From positions 1 to 43,759 of the forward strand of contig JBBSQZ010000001.1 of assembly GCA_038243565.1 (NCBI GenBank): 43,759 nucleotides of DNA. The letters are read 5' to 3'. A model generated the notes under the pieces. The model was not told the origin of the DNA, did not search any database, and was given only the letters and a program-made list of their open reading frames with translations. Of this stretch, positions 1 through 8,988 are shown in pieces. The position numbers were made by a program, and so were the translations under genes. The stretch is from Rhodothermales bacterium (GTDB lineage Bacteria; Bacteroidota; Rhodothermia; Rhodothermales; Rubricoccaceae). Numbering within the stretch: position 1 is the stretch's first letter; each line of letters opens with the position of its first letter.

Positions 1-2
1 AC

Positions 3-992
3 CGCGAGGGCGTCGGCTGGCGCGCGGCGTGCACCAACCGCGGCTTCTGCCAGGCCGGCTGCAGCACGGGCGCCAAGGCGAGCATGGACGTCACCTACAT
101 CCCGTTCGCGCAGGCGCACGGCGCCGAGGTCCGCCCCGAGTGCTTCGTCACCGAGATCACGCGCGACTCGACCGGCCGCGCGACGGGCGTCGTCTACACG
201 CACAGGAGAGAGGAGACGCGCCTCGAGGCCGACACGGTGTTTCTCTGCGCCGGCTCGGTCGAGACGCCGCGCCTGATGCTGATGAACGGGATCGGCGGCG
301 ACCACGTCGGCCGGCACCTCATGGCGCACCCCGGCCTCCAGATCTGGGGACGGTTCGACGAGCCGACGCGCCCGTTCAAGGGCATTCCGGGCGGCCTCAT
401 CTCCGAGGACACGCATCGCCCGGCCGACGCCGACTTCGCCGGCGGCTACCTCTTGCAGTCCATCGGCGTGATGCCGGTCACGTACGCCCGGCAGGTCGGC
501 CGCGGGCGCGGGCTCTGGGGCGAGGCGCTCCGCGAGCACATGCGCGGCTACGGCTACGCCGCCGGCATCAACATCCTCGGCGACTGCCTCCCGAACGCCG
601 ACAACCGGATCACGCTCTCGGCCGAGCTCGACGCGCGCGGCCTCCCCAAGCCGCACGTCACGTTCGACGCCGGCGAGAACGAGCAGCGCATGACGGCCCA
701 CGCCGACCGCGTGATGCGTCAGATCTGGGACGCCGCCGGCGCCCGCGACGTCTGGGCCTTCGACCGTCACGCCCACGTCATCGGCACCGCCCGCATGGGC
801 ACGACCTCGGGCGACTCGGTGGTGGACAAGGACGGCCGCGTCTGGGACACGCCCGGCCTCCTCGTCTCGGACAACTCGACGTTCCCGTCGTCGCTGCCGG
901 TCAACCCGGCCCTCACCATCATCGCCAACGCCCTCCGCACGGCGGACGTCTTTCTGGGTGGGAGGGGCGGGCCGGTGCCGGCCTTCGGCTGA
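3..992 (+). CDS. GMC-family FAD oxidoreductase, C-terminal portion (5' end lies outside the window)
   Basis: Frame 3 is open from the window edge (REGVGWRAACTNRGFCQAGCSTGAKASMD...) to the TGA at 990-992. The Cys-rich GC..GAK segment and the C-terminal NPALTIIANALR region are typical of GMC oxidoreductases. Confidence 0.7.
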   Translation, partial: REGVGWRAACTNRGFCQAGCSTGAKASMDVTYIPFAQAHGAEVRPECFVTEITRDSTGRATGVVYTHRREETRLEADTVFLCAGSVETPRLMLMNGIGGDHVGRHLMAHPGLQIWGRFDEPTRPFKGIPGGLISEDTHRPADADFAGGYLLQSIGVMPVTYARQVGRGRGLWGEALREHMRGYGYAAGINILGDCLPNADNRITLSAELDARGLPKPHVTFDAGENEQRMTAHADRVMRQIWDAAGARDVWAFDRHAHVIGTARMGTTSGDSVVDKDGRVWDTPGLLVSDNSTFPSSLPVNPALTIIANALRTADVFLGGRGGPVPAFG

Positions 993-1090
993 AGGGTACA
1001 GGGGGAAGTGGAAATGCATGTCTACCTGCCGCTACGCTTTTACCTCGCTGTCTCTTCCACCTTTCAACCCTTTCCACCTTCAACCCTCCG
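993..1090. repeat. Heptad-periodic hairpin element (degenerate) filling the GMC-stop to GH1-start gap
   Basis: 5' arm gaagggtacagggggaagtggaaatgc. 3' arm cttccacctttcaaccctttccaccttcaaccctccg ends at the ATG at 1091. Confidence 0.55.
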
Positions 1091-2422
1091 ATGCCTTCCT
1101 TCCTCGACCTCGTCAAAGCCAAGAACGCCGACGGCTACGCGGGCGACCAGTACGGCGGCGGCGCCGGCCACGACGGCTCGGGCCTGCCGACGGGCGACGC
1201 CGGCAACTTCATGTTCGCGACGGGCATCGAGTGCTCCAACCCGACCATCAAGGGCGGGACCGTGCGCCGCGACCTGCTCGCCGAGTGCGGCCACTACGAC
1301 CGCTACAAGGAGGACCTCGGGCTGGTGAAAGAGATGGGCCTGAAGGTGCTGCGCTACGGCCTGCCGTACCCGGTCGTCGCGCGCCGCGAGGGCCGCTACG
1401 ACTGGGACTTCGCCGACGCCGCGATGGCCGAGATCAAGCGCCTCGGCATCACGCCGATCCTGGACCTGATGCACTTCGGCGTGCCGGACTGGATCGGCGA
1501 CTTCCAGAACCCGGACCTCCCGCTGCACTTCGCCAACTACGCCGCCGCCGTCGCCCGGCGCTACCCGTGGGTGCGCTTCTACACGCCCGTCAACGAGATC
1601 TACGTCACCGCTCGCGTCTCTGGGCTCGACGGCGTCTGGAACGAGCAGCTCAAGACGCACGAGGGATTCGTGACGGCCCTCAAGCACGCGACGGCCGCGT
1701 CCATCCTCGCCACGCAGCAGATCGCCAATCATCGGTCCGACTGCATCATCGTCCAGTCGGAGTCTGCCGAGTACCTCCACGAGGCCGTCGTCACGCCGTC
1801 CGACGAGACGCGCATCCACAACAAGATGCGCTTTCTCTCGCTGGACCTGCTCTACGCGAATCACCCCGACGCCGAGATGTACCAGTACCTCCTCGACAAC
1901 GGGATGACGCGCGCCGAGTACGACTGGTTCATGGCCGGCGAGCCGCCGGGCTACCAGGTCATGGGCAACGATTACTACGGCACGAACGAGCGCATCAAAC
2001 TGGCCGATGGCACCTTCTGCGAGGCGCAGGACGTGCTCGGGTGGTACCAGATCACGCACGAGTACGTCAAGCGGTATCGCAAGCCGGTGATGCACACGGA
2101 GACCAACCTTATGGACCCGGAGGAGGCCCCGGCGTGGCTCTGGAAGCAGTGGATGAACGTCCTCCGGATGCGCGAGGACGGCGTGCCCGTGCTCGGCTTT
2201 ACGTGGTACTCGCTCATCGACCAGGTGGACTGGGACATCGAGCTCGCCGAGGTCCGCGGCCATGTCAACCCGTGCGGCCTGTACGACATGGACCGCAAGA
2301 TCCGGCCCGTCGGCGAGCACTACAAGATGCTGCTCGAGCAGTTCGGCCAGATCACGATGGTCCCGCACGGCGAGCTGTTCGACATCACCGACCGCGAGGC
2401 GCGGCTGAAGGTGGAAGTCTGA
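1091..2422 (+). CDS. Glycoside hydrolase family 1-like protein
   Basis: The ATG at 1091 (MPSFLDLVKAK...) is in frame with track ORF 29..2422. It has TIM-barrel GH1-like motifs (YTPVNEIYV acid/base-like NE; HTETN nucleophile-like). The upstream part of the track ORF overlaps the GMC gene in another frame and looks non-coding. Confidence 0.6.
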   Translation: MPSFLDLVKAKNADGYAGDQYGGGAGHDGSGLPTGDAGNFMFATGIECSNPTIKGGTVRRDLLAECGHYDRYKEDLGLVKEMGLKVLRYGLPYPVVARREGRYDWDFADAAMAEIKRLGITPILDLMHFGVPDWIGDFQNPDLPLHFANYAAAVARRYPWVRFYTPVNEIYVTARVSGLDGVWNEQLKTHEGFVTALKHATAASILATQQIANHRSDCIIVQSESAEYLHEAVVTPSDETRIHNKMRFLSLDLLYANHPDAEMYQYLLDNGMTRAEYDWFMAGEPPGYQVMGNDYYGTNERIKLADGTFCEAQDVLGWYQITHEYVKRYRKPVMHTETNLMDPEEAPAWLWKQWMNVLRMREDGVPVLGFTWYSLIDQVDWDIELAEVRGHVNPCGLYDMDRKIRPVGEHYKMLLEQFGQITMVPHGELFDITDREARLKVEV

Positions 2423-2517
2423 ATGCAGTTTGGAGTTTGGAGAGGTCAGGCATCGCGCTCTGTCGATACGGAATGCCGCCATCTATCCCGCCTTCAAACT
2501 CCAAACTTCAAACTGCA
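2423..2517. repeat. Heptad-periodic hairpin element, GTTTGRA subfamily
   Basis: Arms are atgcagtttggagtttggagagg (2423-2445) and ccttcaaactccaaacttcaaactgca (2491-2517). They lie between convergent genes, and both stops sit in or adjacent to the arms. Confidence 0.85.
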
Positions 2518-2804
2518 CTTCCCACCTCCACGTGGCTGAGCGCGACCGGCGCGGCGGCGAAGAGCGGCGTCGTGCGCGCCCACGTCTCGCGGAAGAGGCC
2601 CGAGGCGCGGTAGGCGTCGAGCGCCTCGGGGCCGTCCCACAGGCTGACCGTCGTGAGGACGTTCGGGAAGCGCGGGTCCTGCCAGAGCTCGAGGCGCCGG
2701 CAGCCCGGCGCCGCGGCTATGCGGGCGCGCGTCTCGGCGAAGAGGGCGTGGAAGGCGTCGAGGCGGTCGGGCCGGAACGTCAGGCGGACGGTGCGGAGCA
2801 GCAT
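2508..2804 (-). CDS. ABM (antibiotic-biosynthesis-monooxygenase/Dabb-like) domain protein
   Basis: Internal Met (MLLRTVRLTFRPDRLDAFHALF...) of track ORF 2508..2849. About 98 aa, with the typical ABM size and beta-alpha-beta pattern. Its stop TGA lies inside a hairpin arm (GCAGTTTGA). Confidence 0.5.
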   Translation of the reverse strand: MLLRTVRLTFRPDRLDAFHALFAETRARIAAAPGCRRLELWQDPRFPNVLTTVSLWDGPEALDAYRASGLFRETWARTTPLFAAAPVALSHVEVGSAV

Positions 2805-2906
2805 CGGGAATCGAAATAGTGTGAACGGAGCACAGCCAATCCAGAGCATCGCCGACCCGTAGGGACACGGCGTGCCGTGTCCTCCTCCGCCCAGCGCGCC
2901 GCGCCG

Positions 2907-5408
2907 TCAGAGCGCCGCGACGGCGGCATCGGGGATCCAGCCGTCGCGGCCGTCCGTGCGGACGGCCCGCCACGTGCCGCGGCGCTCGCCCAGGCGCACG
3001 AGCATGCCCGGCGCCAGCGCCGCGCCCTCGGCCGCCTCCGGCGTCGGCTCCACGCGGACGCCCGCGGCCGTCAGCACGACGCCCTGGGGCCGCGACGCCT
3101 CGGCGAGCGTCGAGGCGGCGCCGGCGACGGCAAACAAGCCCAGCGCCCCGACGACGAGGGCGCCGCGGCGCCGCGCGTTCAGGAACAGCGCCAGCGCGAC
3201 GTAGACGAGCGCGAGGGCGAGCGCGACGAGGCCCGCCGGGCCCGCGACGCTGTGGGCGATGCGCCACGCGCGGGCGACCGCCGTCTCGGCCGGGGCGCCG
3301 GCGAGCGACCGGGCCAGCGCCGCATTCTGGCGGATCGGCACGCTCAGCGGCGCGAGGCGTGCGGCGCGCTCGGTGTGCAGCCGCGCCGCGCCGGCGTCGC
3401 CTCGGGCAAGCGCGAGCGTCCCCAGGTCGTGCTCGACGGCGGCCGAGACGCGCCCGGCCGCGCGCCCGGCATCGGCGGCACCAGCGAAGGCGGCCGCGGC
3501 GCCGGCCGAGTCGCCCTCGGCGGCGAGCTGCGAGCCGAGCGCCACGAGGCGGTTCGCCTCGGCGAGGCCCTGCGCGTGCGCGCCCGTCGCTGCGAGCAGG
3601 ACGAGCGCCGCGACGGCAGCCCGGCGAGCGATGCGCCGCGGCGCCGGCCGGTCGGCCGCGTCGATGGAGAAGAGCGTCGCGTCCGCTTCTGCAATCGCCT
3701 CGGCCGGCGTCGTGCGGGCCAGCGCCGGTGCGAACTGGCCGACGTCGAGCGCGGCGAGGACGGCGACGAGGCGGTCGGACTCGGGGACATGGCGATCCGC
3801 GAGCGCCTCGGCGAGTGCCGTGCGGTCGAGGCCCGTCGCGGCGATGCCGTAGCGGTCCGAGAGGAAGCCGTGGACGGCGCGCTCGGCCGCTGCGCAGGCG
3901 CCCGGCCCCGAGAGCGCGCGCGCCTCGGCGAGGCGCGCCTGCGCTGCCGCGTGGGCGGCGCGACGGCGGTTCTCGGGCGTGTCGGCCTCGGCGAGGCGGC
4001 GGCGGCGGCGGACGCCTGCGGCGAGAGCGAGTGCCAGCGCCGGAATGCCGAGTCCTGCGCCGAGGGCGGTCCACAGGATCCAGACGGGCATGCCCGGGCG
4101 CTGCCACGTCGCCTCGGCGATGAGGCCGGCTGCTGGACCCGCCGCAGCGGGGCGCGGCGTCCCGTCGGGCGCGGCGCCCGAGACGGCGACCTGCGCGGAG
4201 TCGGTCCGGAGCGTGCTGTACTGGCCCGCCTCAGGGTCGAAGTAGGACCAGACGGCCGGCGGCACGTCCAGCGGGCCGCCGCCCTGCGGGACGAGCGTGA
4301 ACGTGAACGTGCGCGTTCCTCGGACCGCGTTGCCGGTGCGGTCGATGTCCGAGTCGTCGCGCGGCGGGAAGACGTCGGCGCCGGGCGGCGTGCGGAGGGC
4401 GGGCGCGGCGAGCGTCGCGAGGTTGCCCGTGCCCGAGATCGTGACGGCGAGCTGCACCGGGTCCCCGGCCGAGGCGGTGCGCGCGACGGGCACCGCGGCC
4501 ATCGTGTACTGCCCGACGGCGCCGGAGAAGCCGGCCGGCGCGCCCGGCGGCAGCGGCGCCACGTCCAGCGTCACCGCCGGCGCCGTCACGTCGGCCTGGT
4601 CGAGGCCCTGGGAGAAGGGCGAGAAGAACGGCGCGAACGGGTCGTTGGGGTCGTTCGCGAACGGGCTGAGGCTCACGAAGTCGACCGAGAACGTCATCGG
4701 CGGCAGCGTGAGGCGGCCGTCGCGCGTCGGGAAGAGGGCGACGCGGCGCAGCGTCACCGCCTCGAACGCGCGCCCGCCGAGCGTGACGCCGTGCGGGACC
4801 GTGGAGGCGACGGCGAGCTCCTCGCGCCAGAAGCCGGGCGCGTCCCACGAGCCCGTCACGAGCGTCTGCCGCGGCTGCAGGCGGGGGTCGAAGTACAGCA
4901 CCACGTCGGCCACGACCTGCTGCCCGACGACGGCGCTCGCCTTCGACAGCTCGACGCGGGCGAAGAGGTCGCGGCGCTGACCCGGCGCGGGGCGCGGCGC
5001 GGGCGCCGTGCCCGGCGCGGCCTGCGGCGTCTGCGTCACCGTGATGCTCGCCGCGGCGACGGCCATCGTGCGGCCGCCGGTGGTGAAGCGGAGCGGCCCG
5101 ATGCGGGCGGGGCCGGGGCGGACGGCCGTGTAGGTCCACGTGAGCTCGCGCTCGGTCTGCCCGTTGACCTGCGCCATCACGTCGGACGTCGGCAGGCTCT
5201 GCGTCGGCCGCAGGCCGGCGGTCGTAGGCGGCGTCTGGACGGCGTCGCCCGTCCCGCCCTCGATCGTGAGCGTGTACGCCACCTGCCCGCCGACGCCGAC
5301 GAGCGTCGGCGAGACGCGGGCGGTCGCGCGGGGCTGGGCGTGGGCGGCGGCGCAGAGCACGAGGGCGAGCGTGGCCGCGGCGAGGCGGTTCAGTAGGGAG
5401 GGCGTCAC
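2907..5408 (-). CDS. BatD-like protein fused to a BatE-like TPR + SH3 module
   Basis: The N-terminus has a signal peptide and BatD-like repeats, followed by a TM segment (VWILWTALGAGLGIPALALALAAG). A second signal-like segment (AAVAALVLLAATGAHAQ) is followed by a TPR-like region, TM helices and a C-terminal SH3-like tail (RGTWRAVRTDGRDGWIP). The GTG start overlaps the upstream stop (GTGA). Confidence 0.7.
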   Translation of the reverse strand: MTPSLLNRLAAATLALVLCAAAHAQPRATARVSPTLVGVGGQVAYTLTIEGGTGDAVQTPPTTAGLRPTQSLPTSDVMAQVNGQTERELTWTYTAVRPGPARIGPLRFTTGGRTMAVAAASITVTQTPQAAPGTAPAPRPAPGQRRDLFARVELSKASAVVGQQVVADVVLYFDPRLQPRQTLVTGSWDAPGFWREELAVASTVPHGVTLGGRAFEAVTLRRVALFPTRDGRLTLPPMTFSVDFVSLSPFANDPNDPFAPFFSPFSQGLDQADVTAPAVTLDVAPLPPGAPAGFSGAVGQYTMAAVPVARTASAGDPVQLAVTISGTGNLATLAAPALRTPPGADVFPPRDDSDIDRTGNAVRGTRTFTFTLVPQGGGPLDVPPAVWSYFDPEAGQYSTLRTDSAQVAVSGAAPDGTPRPAAAGPAAGLIAEATWQRPGMPVWILWTALGAGLGIPALALALAAGVRRRRRLAEADTPENRRRAAHAAAQARLAEARALSGPGACAAAERAVHGFLSDRYGIAATGLDRTALAEALADRHVPESDRLVAVLAALDVGQFAPALARTTPAEAIAEADATLFSIDAADRPAPRRIARRAAVAALVLLAATGAHAQGLAEANRLVALGSQLAAEGDSAGAAAAFAGAADAGRAAGRVSAAVEHDLGTLALARGDAGAARLHTERAARLAPLSVPIRQNAALARSLAGAPAETAVARAWRIAHSVAGPAGLVALALALVYVALALFLNARRRGALVVGALGLFAVAGAASTLAEASRPQGVVLTAAGVRVEPTPEAAEGAALAPGMLVRLGERRGTWRAVRTDGRDGWIPDAAVAAL

Positions 5409-5965
5409 CAGTCCTGCTCGTTGGTTCGGGCGCGCGACGGCGCGCGGCGTATCTGGCGCAGCACCTGCCGCTCGTCGCCGCCGACGGCGTCGAGGATGCG
5501 CTCGGCCTGGTCCCGGGACATGTGCTCGTCGCCGGCCTGGGGCTGGTCCGACGGCGTGTTCTGCGGGTTCTGGCCGGTCGAGGGCGGCGCGTTGGGCGGG
5601 TTCTGCTGGCCGGCGTCGTCCGGCTTCTGCTCGTCCTGCTGCTGCTGATCCTGATCCTGCTGGTCTTGATTCTGCTGATCCTGGTCGCGCTGCTGATCCT
5701 GATCCTTCTGCTGATCCTGGTTGTCCTGCTGCTGCTTGATGAGGTCCCGCAGGGCGGCGGCCTTCTGGTCGCCCGGCGCGAGGCGCACGGCCTCCTCGGC
5801 CGCGGCGAGCGCGGGCGCATTCTGGCCGTCCACGTAGAGGCGCGCGGCCTCATGGTAGCGGTCCACGGCCGCCGGCGGCGTCGGCGCGGACGGACCGCGC
5901 GGGGCCGTTTGCTGGGCGATCGCCGGCGCGGCGACGGCGGCGGCGAGCAGGAGGAGGCGTTTCAT
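5405..5965 (-). CDS. BatC-like TPR protein with Q/D-rich low-complexity linker
   Basis: Signal peptide (MKRLLLLAAAVAAPAIAQ), one TPR-like unit, a QQQDNQDQQKDQDQQRDQDQQNQDQQDQDQQQQ tract, and a C-terminus ending MSRDQAERILDAV...EQDW, as in BatC-type proteins. Confidence 0.6.
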   Translation of the reverse strand: MKRLLLLAAAVAAPAIAQQTAPRGPSAPTPPAAVDRYHEAARLYVDGQNAPALAAAEEAVRLAPGDQKAAALRDLIKQQQDNQDQQKDQDQQRDQDQQNQDQQDQDQQQQDEQKPDDAGQQNPPNAPPSTGQNPQNTPSDQPQAGDEHMSRDQAERILDAVGGDERQVLRQIRRAPSRARTNEQDW

Positions 5966-5974
5966 GGCGGGAGT

Positions 5975-6751
5975 CTACAGACGGGTCGGGCCGGCGGGCG
6001 CGGGCCGCGGCGCAGGAGGGGCAACGGGCGCGGCCGGCGCGGTCGTCTCTGGCGCGGACGGTGCGGGCACGGCAGGCGGCGTCGGCATCTCGTCGATTTT
6101 GACGACGCCCTCGAGGCGCCCCGTGAAGTCGGCGAAGGCGGCGACGGTCGAGTCGCGGGCGAGGCCGTCGGTCATCACGTCGAGCGCCTCGCGGTAGCGC
6201 CGATCGGCGACGAGCGCGTCGGCGCGGGCCTTGATGCGCTTCGCCTCGTCGGACGGCTCGGGCGGCTCGGGCGGCGTCTGGCTGTCGAGGCGGCGCTGCG
6301 CGATCTCGTAGTTGCGGCGCGCGTCCGTGCGCGCCGGGTCCAGGACGAGGGCGCGGCGGAGGAGCGGGACGGCCGCGTCGTAGCGCTCGGCGAGGAGTGC
6401 GGCCGTGCCGGCGTCGTAGGCGATGCGCGCGCGCGCGGCGGGGTCCGGCTCGAGGCGGAGCGCCTGGGCGAAGGCGCTGTCGGCCTGCGCCGCGAGCGAG
6501 TCGGCGGCGGGCGGAGCGCCGGGCATCTGCGGCGCCGCTACGGTCGTGTCGCGAGTCAGCGCGAGGCCGAGGTTGTGCCACAGGCGCGCGGCTATCTCGT
6601 CCGAGACGCCCACACGCTCGACCCCGACGCGGAAAGCGGCCGCCGCGCCGGTCGTGTCACCGGCCTCGAGGAGGCGGTTGCCTGCGCGTCCGTCACGTAC
6701 GCCCGGCTGGAGCGCGGCGAAGCCGAGGAGCAGGAGAACGGCGAGGCGCAT
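5975..6751 (-). CDS. TPR-repeat protein of the Bat-type operon
   Basis: ATG at 6751. Signal-like N-terminus, TPR-like helices (YDAAVPLLRRALVLDPARTDARRNYEIA) and a Pro/Ala-rich tail. Sits between BatB and the BatC-like gene. Confidence 0.6.
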   Translation of the reverse strand: MRLAVLLLLGFAALQPGVRDGRAGNRLLEAGDTTGAAAAFRVGVERVGVSDEIAARLWHNLGLALTRDTTVAAPQMPGAPPAADSLAAQADSAFAQALRLEPDPAARARIAYDAGTAALLAERYDAAVPLLRRALVLDPARTDARRNYEIAQRRLDSQTPPEPPEPSDEAKRIKARADALVADRRYREALDVMTDGLARDSTVAAFADFTGRLEGVVKIDEMPTPPAVPAPSAPETTAPAAPVAPPAPRPAPAGPTRL

Positions 6752-6760
6752 GGGGAGGAA

Positions 6761-6885
6761 ATGCAGTTTGGAGTTTGGAGTTTGAAGGTTGGAGAGGTCC
6801 TGCTTGAGACGGAGTTTTCTTCAAACTGTTGGGCCACTGTGTTCCTACGTCCTCGCGCCTGTTCCCTCTCCAACCTTCAAACTGC
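6761..6885. repeat. Heptad-periodic hairpin element, GTTTGRA subfamily (intra-operon, batB stop to TPR start)
   Basis: Arms are atgcagtttggagtttggagtttgaaggttggagagg (6761-6797) and cctctccaaccttcaaactgc (6865-6885). Confidence 0.85.
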
Positions 6886-7917
6886 GGTCACAGTCTCCCC
6901 GAGGGCGAGCCGTTTTCTGGCCACCAGCCGCTCCGCAAGCAACAGGAGCACACCCAGTGCCAGCGGCCACTGGAACTGCTCCGCCGCGGCGTCGACGCGG
7001 TCCGAGGCGACGACGACGCGGTCGAGGCCGGCGAGTTCGTCATTGATCTGTCCCGCGGCCGAGCCACCGGTGCCGACGTGGACGAGCTTCGACCCGGCGA
7101 GGTCCTTCAGGGCGCCGGGTTCGTACGTCGAGATCACCGTGTTGCCCTGGCGGTCGCGCTTGAAACCGCCCTGGCGGCCACGCTGAACGTCCGGGATGGG
7201 TCCGCCGGCGTCCGTCCCGACGCCGAGCGCGAGCATCGTGACGCCGGTCTGGCGGAGCGCCGCGGCGGCCTGGTCCAGCCCGCTCTCGTGGTTCTCGCCA
7301 TCGCTCACGACGAGCAGCGCGCGCGGGCGCTTCGCCGCGGCGGGGTCGTTCTGCGCCGCGGCGTCGAAGGCCTCGGAGGCGACGCGGAGCGCGGCTGAGA
7401 AATCCGTCCCCTGGATCGCGATCTGCTCCGGGTCGACCGACTCGAGGAAAAGGCGGACGGCCGAGCGGTCAGTCGTGAGCGGGCACTGCAGGAAGGCCTC
7501 GCCGGCGAAGATCACGAGCCCCACGCGGTCGCCGCGGCGCGCCTGGACGATGCGCTCGATCTCGAGCGTCGCCCGGTCGAGGCGGCTCGGCGCGACGTCC
7601 TCGGTGCGCATCGACTCCGAGACGTCGAGGGCGATGACGAGGTCGAGGCTCTCGGACTTCGCCTCGCGCGTCGTCGCGCCGACGCGCGGCCCGGCGAGGG
7701 CGAGGGCGAGCCGGCCGAGCGCCGCCGCCGTGAGCGCGGCGCGGACGGTCCGCTGCCGGGCGAGCGGCGCGAGGCGCCGCAGCTGATCCGCCGCCCGCGG
7801 CCCGAGGAACAGGCGCAGCGCCTCGCGCCGCCGCCGCGCCGCGACGACGGCCAGCGCCGCGACCGCGGGCACGAGCACGAGCACGACGAGGAGCAGGGCG
7901 GGGGAGCGGAAGGTCAT
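6877..7917 (-). CDS. batB: VWA-domain membrane protein BatB
   Basis: N-terminal TM, a VWA MIDAS motif (DLVIALDVSESM), LLVVSDGENH, and a C-terminal TM. The stop TGA is embedded in a hairpin arm. Confidence 0.8.
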   Translation of the reverse strand: MTFRSPALLLVVLVLVPAVAALAVVAARRRREALRLFLGPRAADQLRRLAPLARQRTVRAALTAAALGRLALALAGPRVGATTREAKSESLDLVIALDVSESMRTEDVAPSRLDRATLEIERIVQARRGDRVGLVIFAGEAFLQCPLTTDRSAVRLFLESVDPEQIAIQGTDFSAALRVASEAFDAAAQNDPAAAKRPRALLVVSDGENHESGLDQAAAALRQTGVTMLALGVGTDAGGPIPDVQRGRQGGFKRDRQGNTVISTYEPGALKDLAGSKLVHVGTGGSAAGQINDELAGLDRVVVASDRVDAAAEQFQWPLALGVLLLLAERLVARKRLALGETVTAV

Positions 7918-7918
7918 C

Positions 7919-8012
7919 GGGGGATTGGGAAATGGCGACTGGGAAATGGAGGGCTGGAGAGAGGCGGCGTTGCGTTCAGCCAGTCCCCACTTCCCATTTC
8001 CCAGTCCCCATC
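7919..8012. repeat. Heptad-periodic hairpin element, GGGAAAT subfamily (intra-operon, batA stop to batB start)
   Basis: 5' arm gggggattgggaaatggcgactgggaaatggagggctggagagagg. 3' arm cagtccccacttcccatttcccagtccccatc. Confidence 0.8.
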
Positions 8013-8988
8013 ATGGCACGCGCCGGAGCCGGGTGCTGGCGAGGACGGACGCGGCGAGGAGGCACAGCAGCGCGGGCCAGAGCGCCCACATGTACAGCTC
8101 CTCGACGTCCAGAAGAACGGTTTCGTCGATGCGGGTCTTCTCGAGCTCGCCGATGGCCGCGTAGATCGAGCGCAGCGCCTCGACGTCGGTCGCGCGGAAG
8201 TAGCGGCCGCCGGTCGTCTCGGCGACGGCGCGCAGCGTGGCCTCGTCGATCTGGGCGGGCGGGCCGCCGAGGAAGCCGCCGAAGGGGCCGGAGCCCGGGA
8301 GCGTCCCGCTGTCCGTGCCGACGCCGATGGCGTAGATGCGGACGCCGAGCGCGCGCGCCGCCTCGGCGGCCGTCTGCGGGTCGATCTGGCCGCGGTTGCT
8401 CTGGCCGTCGGTGAGCAGGATGATGACCTTCGAGGCGGCGTCCGAGTCGCGCAGGCGCGCCGCCGACGTCGCGATGGCGGTGCCGATGGCGGTGCCGTCC
8501 TCGATCACGCCCATCCGGACCTCGCGGAGCATCGTCAGCAGGAACGGGTAGTCCAGCGTCAGCGGCGCCTGCGTGTACGCCTGCGCCGCGAAGACGACGA
8601 GGCCGACGCGGTCCGACGTGCGGCCGCGGACAAACTCGGCGGCGACGGCCTTGGCCGCCTCGAAGCGGTTCGGCGGGAAGTCCTCGGCCGTCATCGAGGT
8701 CGACGCGTCGAGCGCGAGCATGATGTCGATGCCTTCCGAGGAGCGGGCGACGGACGCGTCGCGGCGCTGCGGCCGCGCCAGCGCGATCACGGCGAGCGCG
8801 AGCGCGGCCATCCGCAGCGCGCCGGGCAGCCAGCCGAGGCGCGCCCAGCCCGCCGCCGGCAGGCCCGCCGCGTCGCCCGCCGCCGAGAAGCGGACGCCCG
8901 GCGCTGCCCCACGCCCGCGCCGCGCGTGCCACGCGAGCGCGGGCACGGCGAGGAGCAGCAGGAGCCAGAGCGGCGAGGCGAAGGTCAC
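8011..8988 (-). CDS. batA: VWA-domain membrane protein BatA
   Basis: GTG start in a GTGA overlap with the upstream gene. MTFASPLWLL..., MIDAS motif DIMLALDASTSM, IILLTDGQSN, and a C-terminal TM. Confidence 0.8.
   Translation of the reverse strand: MTFASPLWLLLLLAVPALAWHARRGRGAAPGVRFSAAGDAAGLPAAGWARLGWLPGALRMAALALAVIALARPQRRDASVARSSEGIDIMLALDASTSMTAEDFPPNRFEAAKAVAAEFVRGRTSDRVGLVVFAAQAYTQAPLTLDYPFLLTMLREVRMGVIEDGTAIGTAIATSAARLRDSDAASKVIILLTDGQSNRGQIDPQTAAEAARALGVRIYAIGVGTDSGTLPGSGPFGGFLGGPPAQIDEATLRAVAETTGGRYFRATDVEALRSIYAAIGELEKTRIDETVLLDVEELYMWALWPALLCLLAASVLASTRLRRVP

Noticed and set aside
29-2422. 797-aa ORF spanning the GMC gene region and the GH1-like gene
   Set aside because: The first ~350 codons overlap the clearly homologous GMC frame and are Arg/Pro/Gly-rich with no domain signal. 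Only the part from the ATG at 1091 looks like a real protein.
2877-5396. 839-aa plus-strand ORF, and other long antisense ORFs (2494..4107, 4231..5853)
   Set aside because: These mirror the BatD-BatE gene in a stop-poor GC-rich sequence. The translations are Arg/Gly/Asp/Glu-rich with no recognisable motifs, while the minus frame has signal peptide, TM, TPR and SH3 features.
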